Positions 50,449 to 60,190 of a stretch of 64,000 bases of DNA are shown here, piece after piece. The stretch lies in the NCBI GenBank assembly GCA_018402195.1, contig JAGYIW010000001.1, forward strand, positions 31,201 to 95,200, written 5' to 3'. Within the stretch, counting starts at the first letter, position 1. Every line of letters starts with the position of its first letter. The notes below the pieces were generated by a model, which was not told the DNA's origin, searched no databases, and worked only from the letters and a program-made list of their open reading frames with translations. A program made the position numbers and the translations under genes. This DNA is from Gammaproteobacteria bacterium. GTDB lineage: Bacteria > Pseudomonadota > Gammaproteobacteria > M30B25.

Positions 50449-51837
50449 TCACCCTGAGTTTTGGCCATTATTTTGAGTAGTTTTCTCCGGAACAAGCGTT
50501 GCCTCAGTCATGCGATCAAAATCAACAACATCACATGCCGCCACCTGTACTTGCTTAGCCGTCACCTTACGAAGTGCCGCCACATATTCATCGGCAAAAG
50601 CATACCCAAGCCCCACCGTTTCCAGGTACCCTAGCTCTAAAGCTTGCTTATAAATGCTGTCTTTTTGATACACACGATCGGCAATCATCCGGGCTTTGAC
50701 TCGATTCAAATCAGCCTTAGAAATCGGTGATCGGCACAATTGCGTTAGCAAGCCTTGCAAAGCCTCTTTCACCTCTGGCACAGAGTGCCCTGGTGCTGGA
50801 GTGGCAGAAAGGGTAAACAAACTATCGCCCCGCACCATACCATCATAATAAGCGCTACCTTCAGTCAACCATTCTTTGCCCCGCACAAAATCTTTGGCAA
50901 TCAAACCACTGGCTCCGTTTAACAATGCAGCCATAACATCCAAAGCATACGATTGCTGAGCATCTTCTCTAAAATTGGTCGCAGGGAATGCCATCCAGTA
51001 TTGAGGCACATTAGCAGTCACGTGCATATTGATAGAGCGCTTCACCTGATGAGCAGGAATGGCGTAGGTTTTTTGCTCAACCTTATTGATAGCATGTACA
51101 CGCCCAAAATATTTTTTCGCCAAATGATGCACATGTGCAGGATTCACATCACCTACCACCACCAAGATGGCATTGTTAGGACCATAATACTGATGATACC
51201 AATTGACCATATCTCTCATAGAATATTGGGCAATGTCATTGGCCCAACCTATGGCCAAATGCCGATAAGGTCCTCCCGTATGCGCTGCAACGTAAAATTG
51301 CTCGTAAACCAAATTAGCAGGCTTGTCTTCATAGCGCATCCTGCGCTCTTCCATCACTACATCTCTTTCTTTAAGAAAGCCTGCTTCCGAAAAACGCAAA
51401 TTTTGCATGCGATCGGCCTCAAGAGACAACACTTTGTCCAGGCCATTCACTGGGATCATTTCATGATAATAAGTAAAATCGTCACTGGTGCCCGCATTAA
51501 GGCTACCCCCTAAGTCATGAACAATCTTGGCAAATTCACCTTCTGGCACATGTTTGGTCCCCTTGAACATCATATGCTCAAGCATATGTGACATACCTGA
51601 ACACCCCACTGATTCATCTATCCCACCAACCTTGTACCAAACCTGCACCATAGCTACAGGCATGCGGTGATCGGGCTTAATCAAGACTTTAAGGCCATTG
51701 GGCAACATATACTCATACACTTGCGGTGACTTCTGTTTATCCTGAGCCGCCTGAGCAGAAGAAGCAAAAGAAGACGCTAGAGGTAAGCCCAACAACATGC
51801 AAGCGCAGGCAAAAATCGTCGACTTTTTCAACATCAT
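50449..51837 (-). CDS. M16-family zinc metallopeptidase (PqqL/pitrilysin-like), secreted
   Basis: Signal peptide followed by the inverted zinc motif HMLEHMMFKGT (HxxEH), 462 aa. Confidence 0.85.
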   Translation of the reverse strand: MMLKKSTIFACACMLLGLPLASSFASSAQAAQDKQKSPQVYEYMLPNGLKVLIKPDHRMPVAMVQVWYKVGGIDESVGCSGMSHMLEHMMFKGTKHVPEGEFAKIVHDLGGSLNAGTSDDFTYYHEMIPVNGLDKVLSLEADRMQNLRFSEAGFLKERDVVMEERRMRYEDKPANLVYEQFYVAAHTGGPYRHLAIGWANDIAQYSMRDMVNWYHQYYGPNNAILVVVGDVNPAHVHHLAKKYFGRVHAINKVEQKTYAIPAHQVKRSINMHVTANVPQYWMAFPATNFREDAQQSYALDVMAALLNGASGLIAKDFVRGKEWLTEGSAYYDGMVRGDSLFTLSATPAPGHSVPEVKEALQGLLTQLCRSPISKADLNRVKARMIADRVYQKDSIYKQALELGYLETVGLGYAFADEYVAALRKVTAKQVQVAACDVVDFDRMTEATLVPEKTTQNNGQNSG

Positions 51838-51999
51838 GATCTTCCCTTAAAACGTTATCCAAAGGCAGAAAATATGACTCAGCACAGAACAAGAGCCACG
51901 CTACCACTCAAGGCCCCCAGTTGTGAGGTCACCTAATCCCTGTTAGAATAGCGCAATACTCTCGGTCTGAAAAGTCCTTAGCCTCGAATTTATTTTACC

Positions 52000-52965
52000 A
52001 TGTTCAATTTTTTAAAACGTAACCGATCTAAAGACGGCATATCACCGCCAGAACAACAAGGACTACAGAAAACACGTGGGCGTTTATTGCTCGGCTTAGA
52101 GCATATTTTTCTTGGCAAACGCCAAGTCGATCAATCAGTATTAGATGACATTGAAATGCTTTTAATCACAGCCGATGTCGGTGTAGAAACCACACAGCAA
52201 ATGATTGAAACCCTCACTGACGCCCTCAGCCGCAAGGCCCTGAAAGATCCTGAAGCACTCATGGAAGCCCTAACCAGCCACATGAAAGCACTGCTCGATC
52301 CCTTTGCCAAAACCATACCCATGCCTGAGCACAGTGAAACCCCTTATACCATCATGGTAGTAGGCGTAAATGGTGCTGGTAAAACCACCACCTTGGGCAA
52401 ATTAGCCCATTACTACGGAGCCAACAATCGCAGCACCCTTTTGGCTGCTGGTGACACCTTTAGGGCAGCAGCCATCGATCAGTTAATAGCCTGGGGAGAG
52501 CGCAATACCATTCCAGTAATTGCCCAAAAACCTGGCTCAGACAGCGCTTCAGTGATTTATGATGCCATGCAGGCTGCCAAAGCCAGAAACATTGATATTG
52601 TCCTTGCTGACACTGCAGGACGTTTACATACACAAATTCATCTCATGAATGAGCTGAAAAAGATCAAACAGGTCATGCGGAAATTTGACAAAAACGCCCC
52701 TCAGCAAACTTTGCTTGTACTGGATGCCTCTATGGGACAAAATGCCTTACAGCAAGCCAAACAATTTCAACAAGCTGTTGACGTGGATGGGGTGATCTTG
52801 ACAAAATTAGACGGTACGGCCAAAGGTGGTATCGTGTTCGCCATCACCCAGACCTTGCAGTTACCCATTTACTTCATAGGCGTGGGAGAGCAAATCAGCG
52901 ACTTGCAGCCGTTTAATGCCCATGATTTTGTGGATGCGCTATTTTATGACCGAAAAGATCATTAG
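52000..52965 (+). CDS. ftsY: Signal recognition particle receptor FtsY (short form, NG domain only)
   Basis: GTPase motifs VVGVNGAGKTTT, DTAGR and TKLDG, 321 aa. Confidence 0.9.
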   Translation: MFNFLKRNRSKDGISPPEQQGLQKTRGRLLLGLEHIFLGKRQVDQSVLDDIEMLLITADVGVETTQQMIETLTDALSRKALKDPEALMEALTSHMKALLDPFAKTIPMPEHSETPYTIMVVGVNGAGKTTTLGKLAHYYGANNRSTLLAAGDTFRAAAIDQLIAWGERNTIPVIAQKPGSDSASVIYDAMQAAKARNIDIVLADTAGRLHTQIHLMNELKKIKQVMRKFDKNAPQQTLLVLDASMGQNALQQAKQFQQAVDVDGVILTKLDGTAKGGIVFAITQTLQLPIYFIGVGEQISDLQPFNAHDFVDALFYDRKDH

Positions 52966-53617
52966 CTTCAAACATGTTGTCAAAAGCTACGCCCTAGGCT
53001 CTGGCGAAGAAACCGCTATCAATCGTGTCAGTTTTGATTTAAAAGAAGGAGAAATGGTGTTTCTCACCGGTCATTCTGGTGCAGGAAAAAGCACATTGTT
53101 GAAACTGATTTTGATGCTAGAGCGCCCTTGTTCCGGCAGGATTGAGCTATATGGTCAAGACATCAGTAAGCTGCCAAAAAGAAAAATTCCCGGCATGCGC
53201 CGTACTATCGGTTTTATTGCCCAAAATCCCAAATTATTACAACATCAAACCGCCTATGAAAACGTTGCGCTGCCTTTGATCATTAATGGTTTTGGTCCTG
53301 CTGACGCTGCCAAACGGGTACGCCCAGCGCTAAGCATGGTAGGCTTGCTCAATAAACAACATCGTTACCCATCAGGCCTATCTTGTGGAGAACAACAACG
53401 CCTTGGCATCGCCAGAGCAGTTGTCACCAAGCCTTCTATTTTGTTGGCAGATGAACCCACAGGAAATTTAGATCCCTCGCTGTCCTTTGAAATCATGCAA
53501 TTATTCGAAAAACTAAATCAAGTCGGCGTCACTGTGATGATTGCCACCCATGATTTGTCTTTGATAGGTCGAATCAAACACTTACTGATGACCTTAGAGC
53601 AAGGGAGGCTGGTGTAA
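52946..53617 (+). CDS. ftsE: Cell division ATP-binding protein FtsE
   Basis: Walker A GHSGAGKSTLLK and signature LSCGEQQRLGIARA. The start is chosen at MTEKIISFKHV, with the ORF open from 52916. Confidence 0.9.
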   Translation: MTEKIISFKHVVKSYALGSGEETAINRVSFDLKEGEMVFLTGHSGAGKSTLLKLILMLERPCSGRIELYGQDISKLPKRKIPGMRRTIGFIAQNPKLLQHQTAYENVALPLIINGFGPADAAKRVRPALSMVGLLNKQHRYPSGLSCGEQQRLGIARAVVTKPSILLADEPTGNLDPSLSFEIMQLFEKLNQVGVTVMIATHDLSLIGRIKHLLMTLEQGRLV

Positions 53618-53620
53618 CTC

Positions 53621-54577
53621 GTGTGGTTCCAATCAAAAAAGCCCAAACGCAACACCAAAAAACAATCGATGATTGTGAGCTATTTTTCCCATCACCGCCT
53701 AGCTGCTGGACAAGGCTTACAGCAAATTTTTCATCAAAGCTTGCTGAATTCCATGGTAATACTGGCTATTGGCATAGCCATGGCTATGCCCACCATGCTA
53801 TTCATGAGCTTTCATTACCTGCAGCACTACAATAATCATTGGCACGATAGCGCCCAAGCTGCAGTCTACCTGAAATCCAGTCAAAACCAGCAAGCTATTG
53901 ACAAACTGGTGCTAGCCATTACACATGACCCCACGATTAAATCGGCACGTTATGTTTCACCTGAGCAAGGTCTCAACGATTTCAAAAAAGAAACTCAATT
54001 AGGTCAGGCCGCAGAATTGCTAGAAGACAACCCTTTGCCTGGTGTTATTTTGCTCAAACCATTTCTTAATCAGCCACAAGAGCACTTTAACACCCTACTT
54101 GCTAGTCTATACAATAATGAATTAGTCGATGAAGTCGACCTAGATGTTAACTGGTTTAATCGATTATTATCATTGCTCAATTTAGGAAGCCATACGGTAG
54201 TTTTGTTGGCAGTGCTATTAGGTGGCAGCATGTTATTGATTATCTGTAACATGGTGTATTTGGTATTGCAACGCTATAGCCACGATATTGACATCTACTT
54301 GACCCTAGGTGCTAGCAAACGTTTTGTCCGCAGACCTTATTTATACATGGGGCTTTATTACGGTACTTTGGCCTACTGCACTTGCTGGATGATCATTGCC
54401 ATCTGTGGTGTTTGGCTGCAACCAGCATTGAGCCGATTTACCGGCAGCTATGGCGAACCGTTGGTGTTAGGCATGCCTAGTCAAAACTTGCTCGTCATCA
54501 CGGCAATTCTAGCGCTAAGCTTAGGTTTATTTGGCGCCCGCTTGGCGGCCTGGCAGTTTCTTAAGCAGCATCGTTAG
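53621..54577 (+). CDS. ftsX: Cell division permease FtsX
   Basis: 318 aa with 4 TM helices and a periplasmic loop. It follows ftsE in the canonical ftsYEX order. Confidence 0.85.
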   Translation: MWFQSKKPKRNTKKQSMIVSYFSHHRLAAGQGLQQIFHQSLLNSMVILAIGIAMAMPTMLFMSFHYLQHYNNHWHDSAQAAVYLKSSQNQQAIDKLVLAITHDPTIKSARYVSPEQGLNDFKKETQLGQAAELLEDNPLPGVILLKPFLNQPQEHFNTLLASLYNNELVDEVDLDVNWFNRLLSLLNLGSHTVVLLAVLLGGSMLLIICNMVYLVLQRYSHDIDIYLTLGASKRFVRRPYLYMGLYYGTLAYCTCWMIIAICGVWLQPALSRFTGSYGEPLVLGMPSQNLLVITAILALSLGLFGARLAAWQFLKQHR

Positions 54578-54591
54578 TGAAAAAACAACAA

Positions 54592-55545
54592 TTATTTTCG
54601 CAACACTTTAACACCACGATTGACAGACCCACTTTGCTTTCTTTTTACCTGGCATTGTTCAAAAGGCTCATATATCTCAAGAGGAATACCAAGAGGCAGA
54701 AGGTATTTATCAATAAGGGGTGAAACATCACTCCATTTCAAGCCACCATTGCCACACCCCAAAGGAGGTACGGCAAGGGACGTCACACCCCAGTCTTTAT
54801 AATTAGCAACCAAATGCTGCAATCCCCTTTCAAGGGCCTTAATATCCGATTTCCGTCTCCAATCGTCCTTCGTCGGGAAATTAATAATTTTTCTATCCAT
54901 CAGCGGAACCTGATAAATATGAGACTCTCCAAGTCTAAATTTACCCTGATCACACATTTTTTTATACTCAGCAAACATAACTGGATATTGTTTTTTAAAC
55001 GCCAATGCAATACCTTTTCCCATCACACCTTTACAATTCACCGTATTAATGAGTGTCTGCATCGTTGAACCCAATAAATCACCTTGCTTTCGCACAATCA
55101 AAGGGCGCGGTGTTAAATTCACCTTTGGCCTGAATAGCCCCCCCTGCGCTTGCCTTTTAGGCTGATTACCAAAAAATATGGGGTTAATCTCGCATATCGG
55201 AAGATTTTCACCATTTAACAACCTCGTAAATAGTTTTTGACCTCTTTGAGAATATATAATAACCTTTTTAATCCATGCCGTATTCATACGCTCAGTTTCC
55301 AACCAATTGGTCTTATTCTCTGGAGAACACATGCTCTCTATTTGAGAACTATCCTCAGGAACATCAACTTCAATAATAAACTTCTGATTGATATTGGTTT
55401 GCAATTCTCGACAGCTGCCCTGTGCCGAAGAATACATTTTAAGCCTCTTTATGGCCTGAGACTGACTTGCATGCTCAGGCATCCTGCCCGTACGAATTAA
55501 AGAGACCAGCGTTTCAGGCCTTGCCCCCAAATAATAGACTGCCAT
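54592..55545 (-). CDS. Macro-domain protein (TARG1/Poa1p/DarG-like ADP-ribose hydrolase fold) with ~150-aa N-terminal domain of unknown function
   Basis: The C-terminal half contains the macro signature INTVNCKGVMGKGIALAFKKQYP, as in TARG1/OARD1-type macrodomains (xCxGVMGKGIAxxFKxxYP), followed by a GCGNGG glycine-rich loop. Confidence 0.72.
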   Translation of the reverse strand: MAVYYLGARPETLVSLIRTGRMPEHASQSQAIKRLKMYSSAQGSCRELQTNINQKFIIEVDVPEDSSQIESMCSPENKTNWLETERMNTAWIKKVIIYSQRGQKLFTRLLNGENLPICEINPIFFGNQPKRQAQGGLFRPKVNLTPRPLIVRKQGDLLGSTMQTLINTVNCKGVMGKGIALAFKKQYPVMFAEYKKMCDQGKFRLGESHIYQVPLMDRKIINFPTKDDWRRKSDIKALERGLQHLVANYKDWGVTSLAVPPLGCGNGGLKWSDVSPLIDKYLLPLGIPLEIYEPFEQCQVKRKQSGSVNRGVKVLRK

Positions 55546-55562
55546 GTTACTGCTCCATAATT

Positions 55563-55826
55563 TTATGACCGCTTAAGAGGTTTAATCGTACCCTCATCAC
55601 CCTCATCATCCGACGATTCAGGAGAAGATGGACGACCCTCAGTAAATTCCTTAGCATTAATCTCCCATGCCCTCAGCTCTCTGCTAGGATTTCCTTTACA
55701 TAAAAAAACTGAGTCGTTCACTGTTACCTTAAGCGAAGGATGTTTCTCAGCAAGTTGCTTTTTAAGTTTTTCACAATTGACTATAACACCCTGAATATAA
55801 TCAGGCGAAACATGGAAAGGAACCAA
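55563..55826 (-). CDS. Small hypothetical protein with acidic Ser/Asp/Glu-rich C-terminal tail
   Basis: 87-aa ORF immediately upstream of, and co-oriented with, the macro-domain gene. The tail is SSPESSDDEGDEG. No family recognised. Confidence 0.45.
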   Translation of the reverse strand: MVPFHVSPDYIQGVIVNCEKLKKQLAEKHPSLKVTVNDSVFLCKGNPSRELRAWEINAKEFTEGRPSSPESSDDEGDEGTIKPLKRS

Positions 55827-55977
55827 AACCTCCGCTTGACGGCATTGCTTATATGTAAGAAAATCTTCCTCGCAGATTAAAGTGCTTTGAAAAGGCTACA
55901 TATTGTGATAGCTTTTTATTTGTTAGTAAAGCAGAAGTTAAAACGAAAACAAACCACAACAAGTCAAGGAGCTAAAT

Positions 55978-57705
55978 ATGGACACAACAAAAAAGACAAG
56001 CAAGCCAGGGTATGAGATAGCAGAAGCTGATGTACAGATAGATACGAGTCAGAAGCTGGGAGCAGGAGGATATGGTGCGGTATTTAAGGGGATGTGGCAG
56101 GGAACAGAGGTAGCACTCAAGGTGTTGCTGTCGCGAATGGAAGGAGATATGGAAGCGGAGTTTCGTCGGGAGATAGAGACGATGCTCAAGCTTCAAGGCT
56201 GCCCACAGTTAGTGAGATTGTACGGAGCAGTGATGGACGGGCACACCCAGGTGATGGTGATGGAGTTGATGCCAAGGGGGAATTTGCACAGTTTATTGCG
56301 CAAGGAAAAGGATCTAGATTGGGACACCAAGTATCGCATAGCGTTGGATGTGGCGTACGGGATAAAGTATTTGCATGACAGGAACATCTTGCACCGAGAT
56401 TTAAATAGTATGAATGTGCTATTTAACAAAGAAGGCCGAGCACAGATAGGAGATTTTGGTCTGGCTGAGGTCAAAAGTGCGATGGCGAGGGATGGTTCAG
56501 GTGTGGGAACTTTATTGTGGATGGCACCTGAGTTGTTGGGGCGTAAGGCAACCTTTTCGAATGCATCAGATATTTATGCTTTGGGCATGGTGTTGTATGA
56601 GATGCTGACCCATAAAACACCTTTTGAGACAGAACTACAGCGGAGACATCCATCCATCATGATGCCCTATATAATTGACGGAGAGCGTCCAAAGTTAATA
56701 GAGACTGGCCCACAAGATTACAAGGCGTTGATAGAAAGTTGCTGGCATCAGGTCGCTGGATCAAGGCCAATGGCCAGTGATCTGATAGCAAGGTTAGAAC
56801 CGTTGTGGCAATTGGAACAGGCATCACCGAACCATACACCAAATATGTTTAAGCCTAAAGCATCGAAGCCAGAATTGGATCAAAAGCTGGTGAATCGATT
56901 TGTTCAGCATGTAGCGTATGGAGAGCAGGATGAAGCCGAGGAGATGTTGAAGCGTGAACCTAAGTTAGCCTTAGGTAATGGCAATTGTAAGGACCATGCA
57001 GGCAGAGAGTTTAAGGGTATCACAGGCTTTCAATATGCGCTATGGGCGCTGGATTGGCACATGTGGGAGATGATAAGGGGTTATTTGGATAGGGTAGATC
57101 CCCAATCAGCAGCGATACAATGCCAAGCCCAGGAATCACTGACAAGCGCTCAAGGTCATGGAGCACATTTTTCCTTTGAGCCATTGGTAAATGCCTATAA
57201 GACATACATGGACCATTATGATGGCTTTTGCGCAGCAAGTAATTGGAAAGGGCTGAAACAATTATGGGTCCATGGTGTAGGAGGAGCGCAGCGAGATGTT
57301 GTTGCGCATGTAGCACAAGAGTATTGTCATCCAGGCAGGTCATTTTATCTAGTTCCAGACTTTACAGCGAAGCCCTTTCCCCGTCAGCTAATAGGAGAGG
57401 AAGGAGACTGGTGGAATGCTAGAGTCGATGGAAAAATATTAGGAGGCACTCCAGGTCGAGTTTCTGAGTCAAGTATGTCTGGTTTTTCTTGGATACGTCA
57501 TGGCTTACTGTACGCGGGTGCGGCCACCGCGATAGTGGCGAGCCCAACCCTGTGCGTGCCTAGGCCAGCTCCTGTCACAGACGGGATTTCTATCGCCAGT
57601 TTATGTGAAATCCGTACTTTGCAACTTGGCATGATCCGTCTAGAGTTGTCAACATCGGTACCCTACCATTACGGTGGAGCCTGGGGCTCCTTAGCACTTG
57701 GCTAA
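55978..57705 (+). CDS. Eukaryotic-like Ser/Thr (tyrosine-kinase-like) protein kinase with ~290-aa C-terminal domain of unknown function
   Basis: Kinase motifs: Gly loop LGAGGYGAVFKG, VAIK-type lysine (VALKVL), catalytic loop HRDLNSMNVLF, DFG (IGDFGLAEV), APE (WMAPELL). An SD-like AAGGAG lies 8 nt upstream. Confidence 0.9.
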   Translation: MDTTKKTSKPGYEIAEADVQIDTSQKLGAGGYGAVFKGMWQGTEVALKVLLSRMEGDMEAEFRREIETMLKLQGCPQLVRLYGAVMDGHTQVMVMELMPRGNLHSLLRKEKDLDWDTKYRIALDVAYGIKYLHDRNILHRDLNSMNVLFNKEGRAQIGDFGLAEVKSAMARDGSGVGTLLWMAPELLGRKATFSNASDIYALGMVLYEMLTHKTPFETELQRRHPSIMMPYIIDGERPKLIETGPQDYKALIESCWHQVAGSRPMASDLIARLEPLWQLEQASPNHTPNMFKPKASKPELDQKLVNRFVQHVAYGEQDEAEEMLKREPKLALGNGNCKDHAGREFKGITGFQYALWALDWHMWEMIRGYLDRVDPQSAAIQCQAQESLTSAQGHGAHFSFEPLVNAYKTYMDHYDGFCAASNWKGLKQLWVHGVGGAQRDVVAHVAQEYCHPGRSFYLVPDFTAKPFPRQLIGEEGDWWNARVDGKILGGTPGRVSESSMSGFSWIRHGLLYAGAATAIVASPTLCVPRPAPVTDGISIASLCEIRTLQLGMIRLELSTSVPYHYGGAWGSLALG

Positions 57706-57714
57706 TGCATCAGT

Positions 57715-59133
57715 CTAACGGGCTATGCCAGCAAAGGTGCCAATATAGGCTTTTAGTTCTGCCAACAAGTTTTGCTGTTGATTATCTAGGTTTTGTTGCG
57801 CACAAAGCAATATGGCCTCTTGAATTTCACTAAATGTGATTCTTAGCTTACCCACATGATTAAGCATAGGCCGGTCATCACAAAACATCTGAGTGCGCTG
57901 TGCCAGGCACTGTCGCTGAGTTTCAGAAGCATCATGCGCATAGTGTTTGGCCAAAATATCGTCTGCTAACTGCTGTAGGTCTGGCCGTTGTATTTGCTTG
58001 GCCAAGCGTGCTTTTTGCTCTGGCTCGGCCAGATGAAAGGCAGCACATTGTTGCAGATCTTTGCTGCTGAGAAAATTTGACTGATATAGGTTGGCTTGCG
58101 GTGGCAAATCCGGCAGCTCAGGATATTGCCACTGACAGTGGTGTGTCTGCAGTTTTTCCAATAGTCCTACATTTTCTTTAAGCCACGCTAGGTTACTCTC
58201 TAATATTTCCTTCTGATCAGGTAACAATTTATCCATATATCTTGGTTTATCTGGCAAGAAAAATGGCGATTCGCCAGCTTTCTTGCGAATAATCCATGGC
58301 AGTGTACCTAAGTTATCTTCATTCAGATCACTGAGATCTTGTTGGTCCAACTTAAGCCAAAGGGTTTGATTGTGATAGTGATGATGTGTGCCCAGGCCCA
58401 ACACTGGGCATTGGTAGTGATTTTTGCCACCGAAGTTGCCATCGATCATCAGCGCCAAATGACAGTTGCGTAAAGGTTCAAAAGGGCGCAGTTGCTGCAA
58501 ACGCTTTTGTCCCACGTGTTTGTTAAAGTACCCCAGCAAATAATCCCAGCTAGCACCAGAGCTTTGAAAGCGCTTGGCTAAGGAAATGGTAGCCTCAACA
58601 TCCACCAAGGCGTTATGTGCCTGGCCCTGAGCTAATTGATTGGTAGCGTTCAGATGCTCCAATTTTAAGGTTGGGCTGCCCTCAATATTAGGCCAAGTCA
58701 GGCATTCAGCTTGCTGCCAGCGTAACATTGCTGCCATGGGATAAAGATCAGCACGACCACAACCATTAGCAAATTGATGGGTGTAAGGTGTGAGCAGATT
58801 GCGGTGAAAAGAAAAGCGCAAAAATTCATCGTCGAAGCCCAGCGTATTATAACCGACACTAATGGTGTTCGGTGTGTTCATCAAAGCATGAATGCGCTGC
58901 ATGGCTTCATATTCATTCAAGCCAATGTTTTGACACGTGTTGATGCTCACTCTATGCAACATCAGGGCATGGGGATTGGGAATGATATCAGGATTGATTT
59001 TGACAAATATTTCGTGACGCTCAAGCTCATTAAGCGCCATATCAGTGCGAATCCCTGCAAATTGTTGTACCTGATCGTAAGATTTGTCTAATCCAGAGGT
59101 CTCTAGGTCATAAAACAATAGCGTTTGCTGCAT
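57715..59133 (-). CDS. sbcB: Exodeoxyribonuclease I
   Basis: DnaQ-like exonuclease N-terminus (LFYDLETSGLD) and the 472-aa length typical of ExoI. Confidence 0.88.
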   Translation of the reverse strand: MQQTLLFYDLETSGLDKSYDQVQQFAGIRTDMALNELERHEIFVKINPDIIPNPHALMLHRVSINTCQNIGLNEYEAMQRIHALMNTPNTISVGYNTLGFDDEFLRFSFHRNLLTPYTHQFANGCGRADLYPMAAMLRWQQAECLTWPNIEGSPTLKLEHLNATNQLAQGQAHNALVDVEATISLAKRFQSSGASWDYLLGYFNKHVGQKRLQQLRPFEPLRNCHLALMIDGNFGGKNHYQCPVLGLGTHHHYHNQTLWLKLDQQDLSDLNEDNLGTLPWIIRKKAGESPFFLPDKPRYMDKLLPDQKEILESNLAWLKENVGLLEKLQTHHCQWQYPELPDLPPQANLYQSNFLSSKDLQQCAAFHLAEPEQKARLAKQIQRPDLQQLADDILAKHYAHDASETQRQCLAQRTQMFCDDRPMLNHVGKLRITFSEIQEAILLCAQQNLDNQQQNLLAELKAYIGTFAGIAR

Positions 59134-59151
59134 GTGAATATCCTTGTATGC

Positions 59152-60147
59152 TTATAGCGTAATCATTCCTAGAGCTTGCTGTGCCTTTTGCAAGGTATGC
59201 CTGGCGCGTTGGCTAGCTTGTTCAGCACCGCGCTGCAAAATGCTTAGCAGTGCTAGCTCGTCTTCACGAATAGCCTGGTAACTACTCTGAAGAGGTGCGA
59301 GCATAGCCACAATAGCCTCAGCCGTTTGGGTTTTCAGTGCGCCATAGCCTTTTCCAGCCAATTGTGATTCGCACTCTGCAATGGATTGATCGCTGGCGAG
59401 AGCCAGAAGGGTCAATAAGTTGGCTACACCTGGCTGGTTCTTAGGGTCATAAATGATATTATTCTCTGAATCAGTCACACTGCGTTTAAGCTTTTTGACA
59501 ATGATATCAGGCATGTCCAATAGACGAATGACACTGTTCTCATTGTCATCAGATTTGGACATCTTTTTGCTCGGGTCTTGCAAGCTCATGATGCGCGCAC
59601 CATGCTCAGGGATATTCGGTTCTGGGATGGAAAAAATATTCCCATGATAATGATTGAAACGGATGGCTAAATCTCTGGCTAATTCCAAGTGTTGTTTTTG
59701 GTCATGGCCCACAGGCACTTTCTGGGTTTGATACAGGAGGATATCCGCCGCCATTAGGATTGGGTAGGTGAACAAGCCAGCATTGATGTTATCGGCATGC
59801 TTTTGCGACTTGTCTTTAAATTGGGTCATGCGGTTGAGCTGGCCTATCTGAGCAAAGCAATTAAGAATCCAAGCCAGTTCGCAATGCTGTGGTACGTGTG
59901 ATTGTAAAAACAAAACACTCTTGTCAGCATCCAGGCCACAAGCCAAATACAAAGCCAGTGCATCCAGTACTTGGGTGCGAAATTGCTCAGGATCTTGACG
60001 TACAGTAATGGCATGCAAATCTACCAAGCAAAACAAACAGTCGTGGTCATCTTGCATGGCGAGCCAAGGTTTGATGGCGCCAATATAATTGCCTATCATC
60101 AACTGACCGGACGGCTGAATGCCACTGAATAGTACTGGTTTGCTCAT
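59152..60147 (-). CDS. trpS: Tryptophan-tRNA ligase
   Basis: HIGH-type motif (SGIQPSGQLMIGNYIGA) and KMSKS, 331 aa. Confidence 0.95.
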   Translation of the reverse strand: MSKPVLFSGIQPSGQLMIGNYIGAIKPWLAMQDDHDCLFCLVDLHAITVRQDPEQFRTQVLDALALYLACGLDADKSVLFLQSHVPQHCELAWILNCFAQIGQLNRMTQFKDKSQKHADNINAGLFTYPILMAADILLYQTQKVPVGHDQKQHLELARDLAIRFNHYHGNIFSIPEPNIPEHGARIMSLQDPSKKMSKSDDNENSVIRLLDMPDIIVKKLKRSVTDSENNIIYDPKNQPGVANLLTLLALASDQSIAECESQLAGKGYGALKTQTAEAIVAMLAPLQSSYQAIREDELALLSILQRGAEQASQRARHTLQKAQQALGMITL

Positions 60148-60190
60148 GAAATCTCACCGTTATGTAGTAGAACAGTGATCTTATCTGGTT

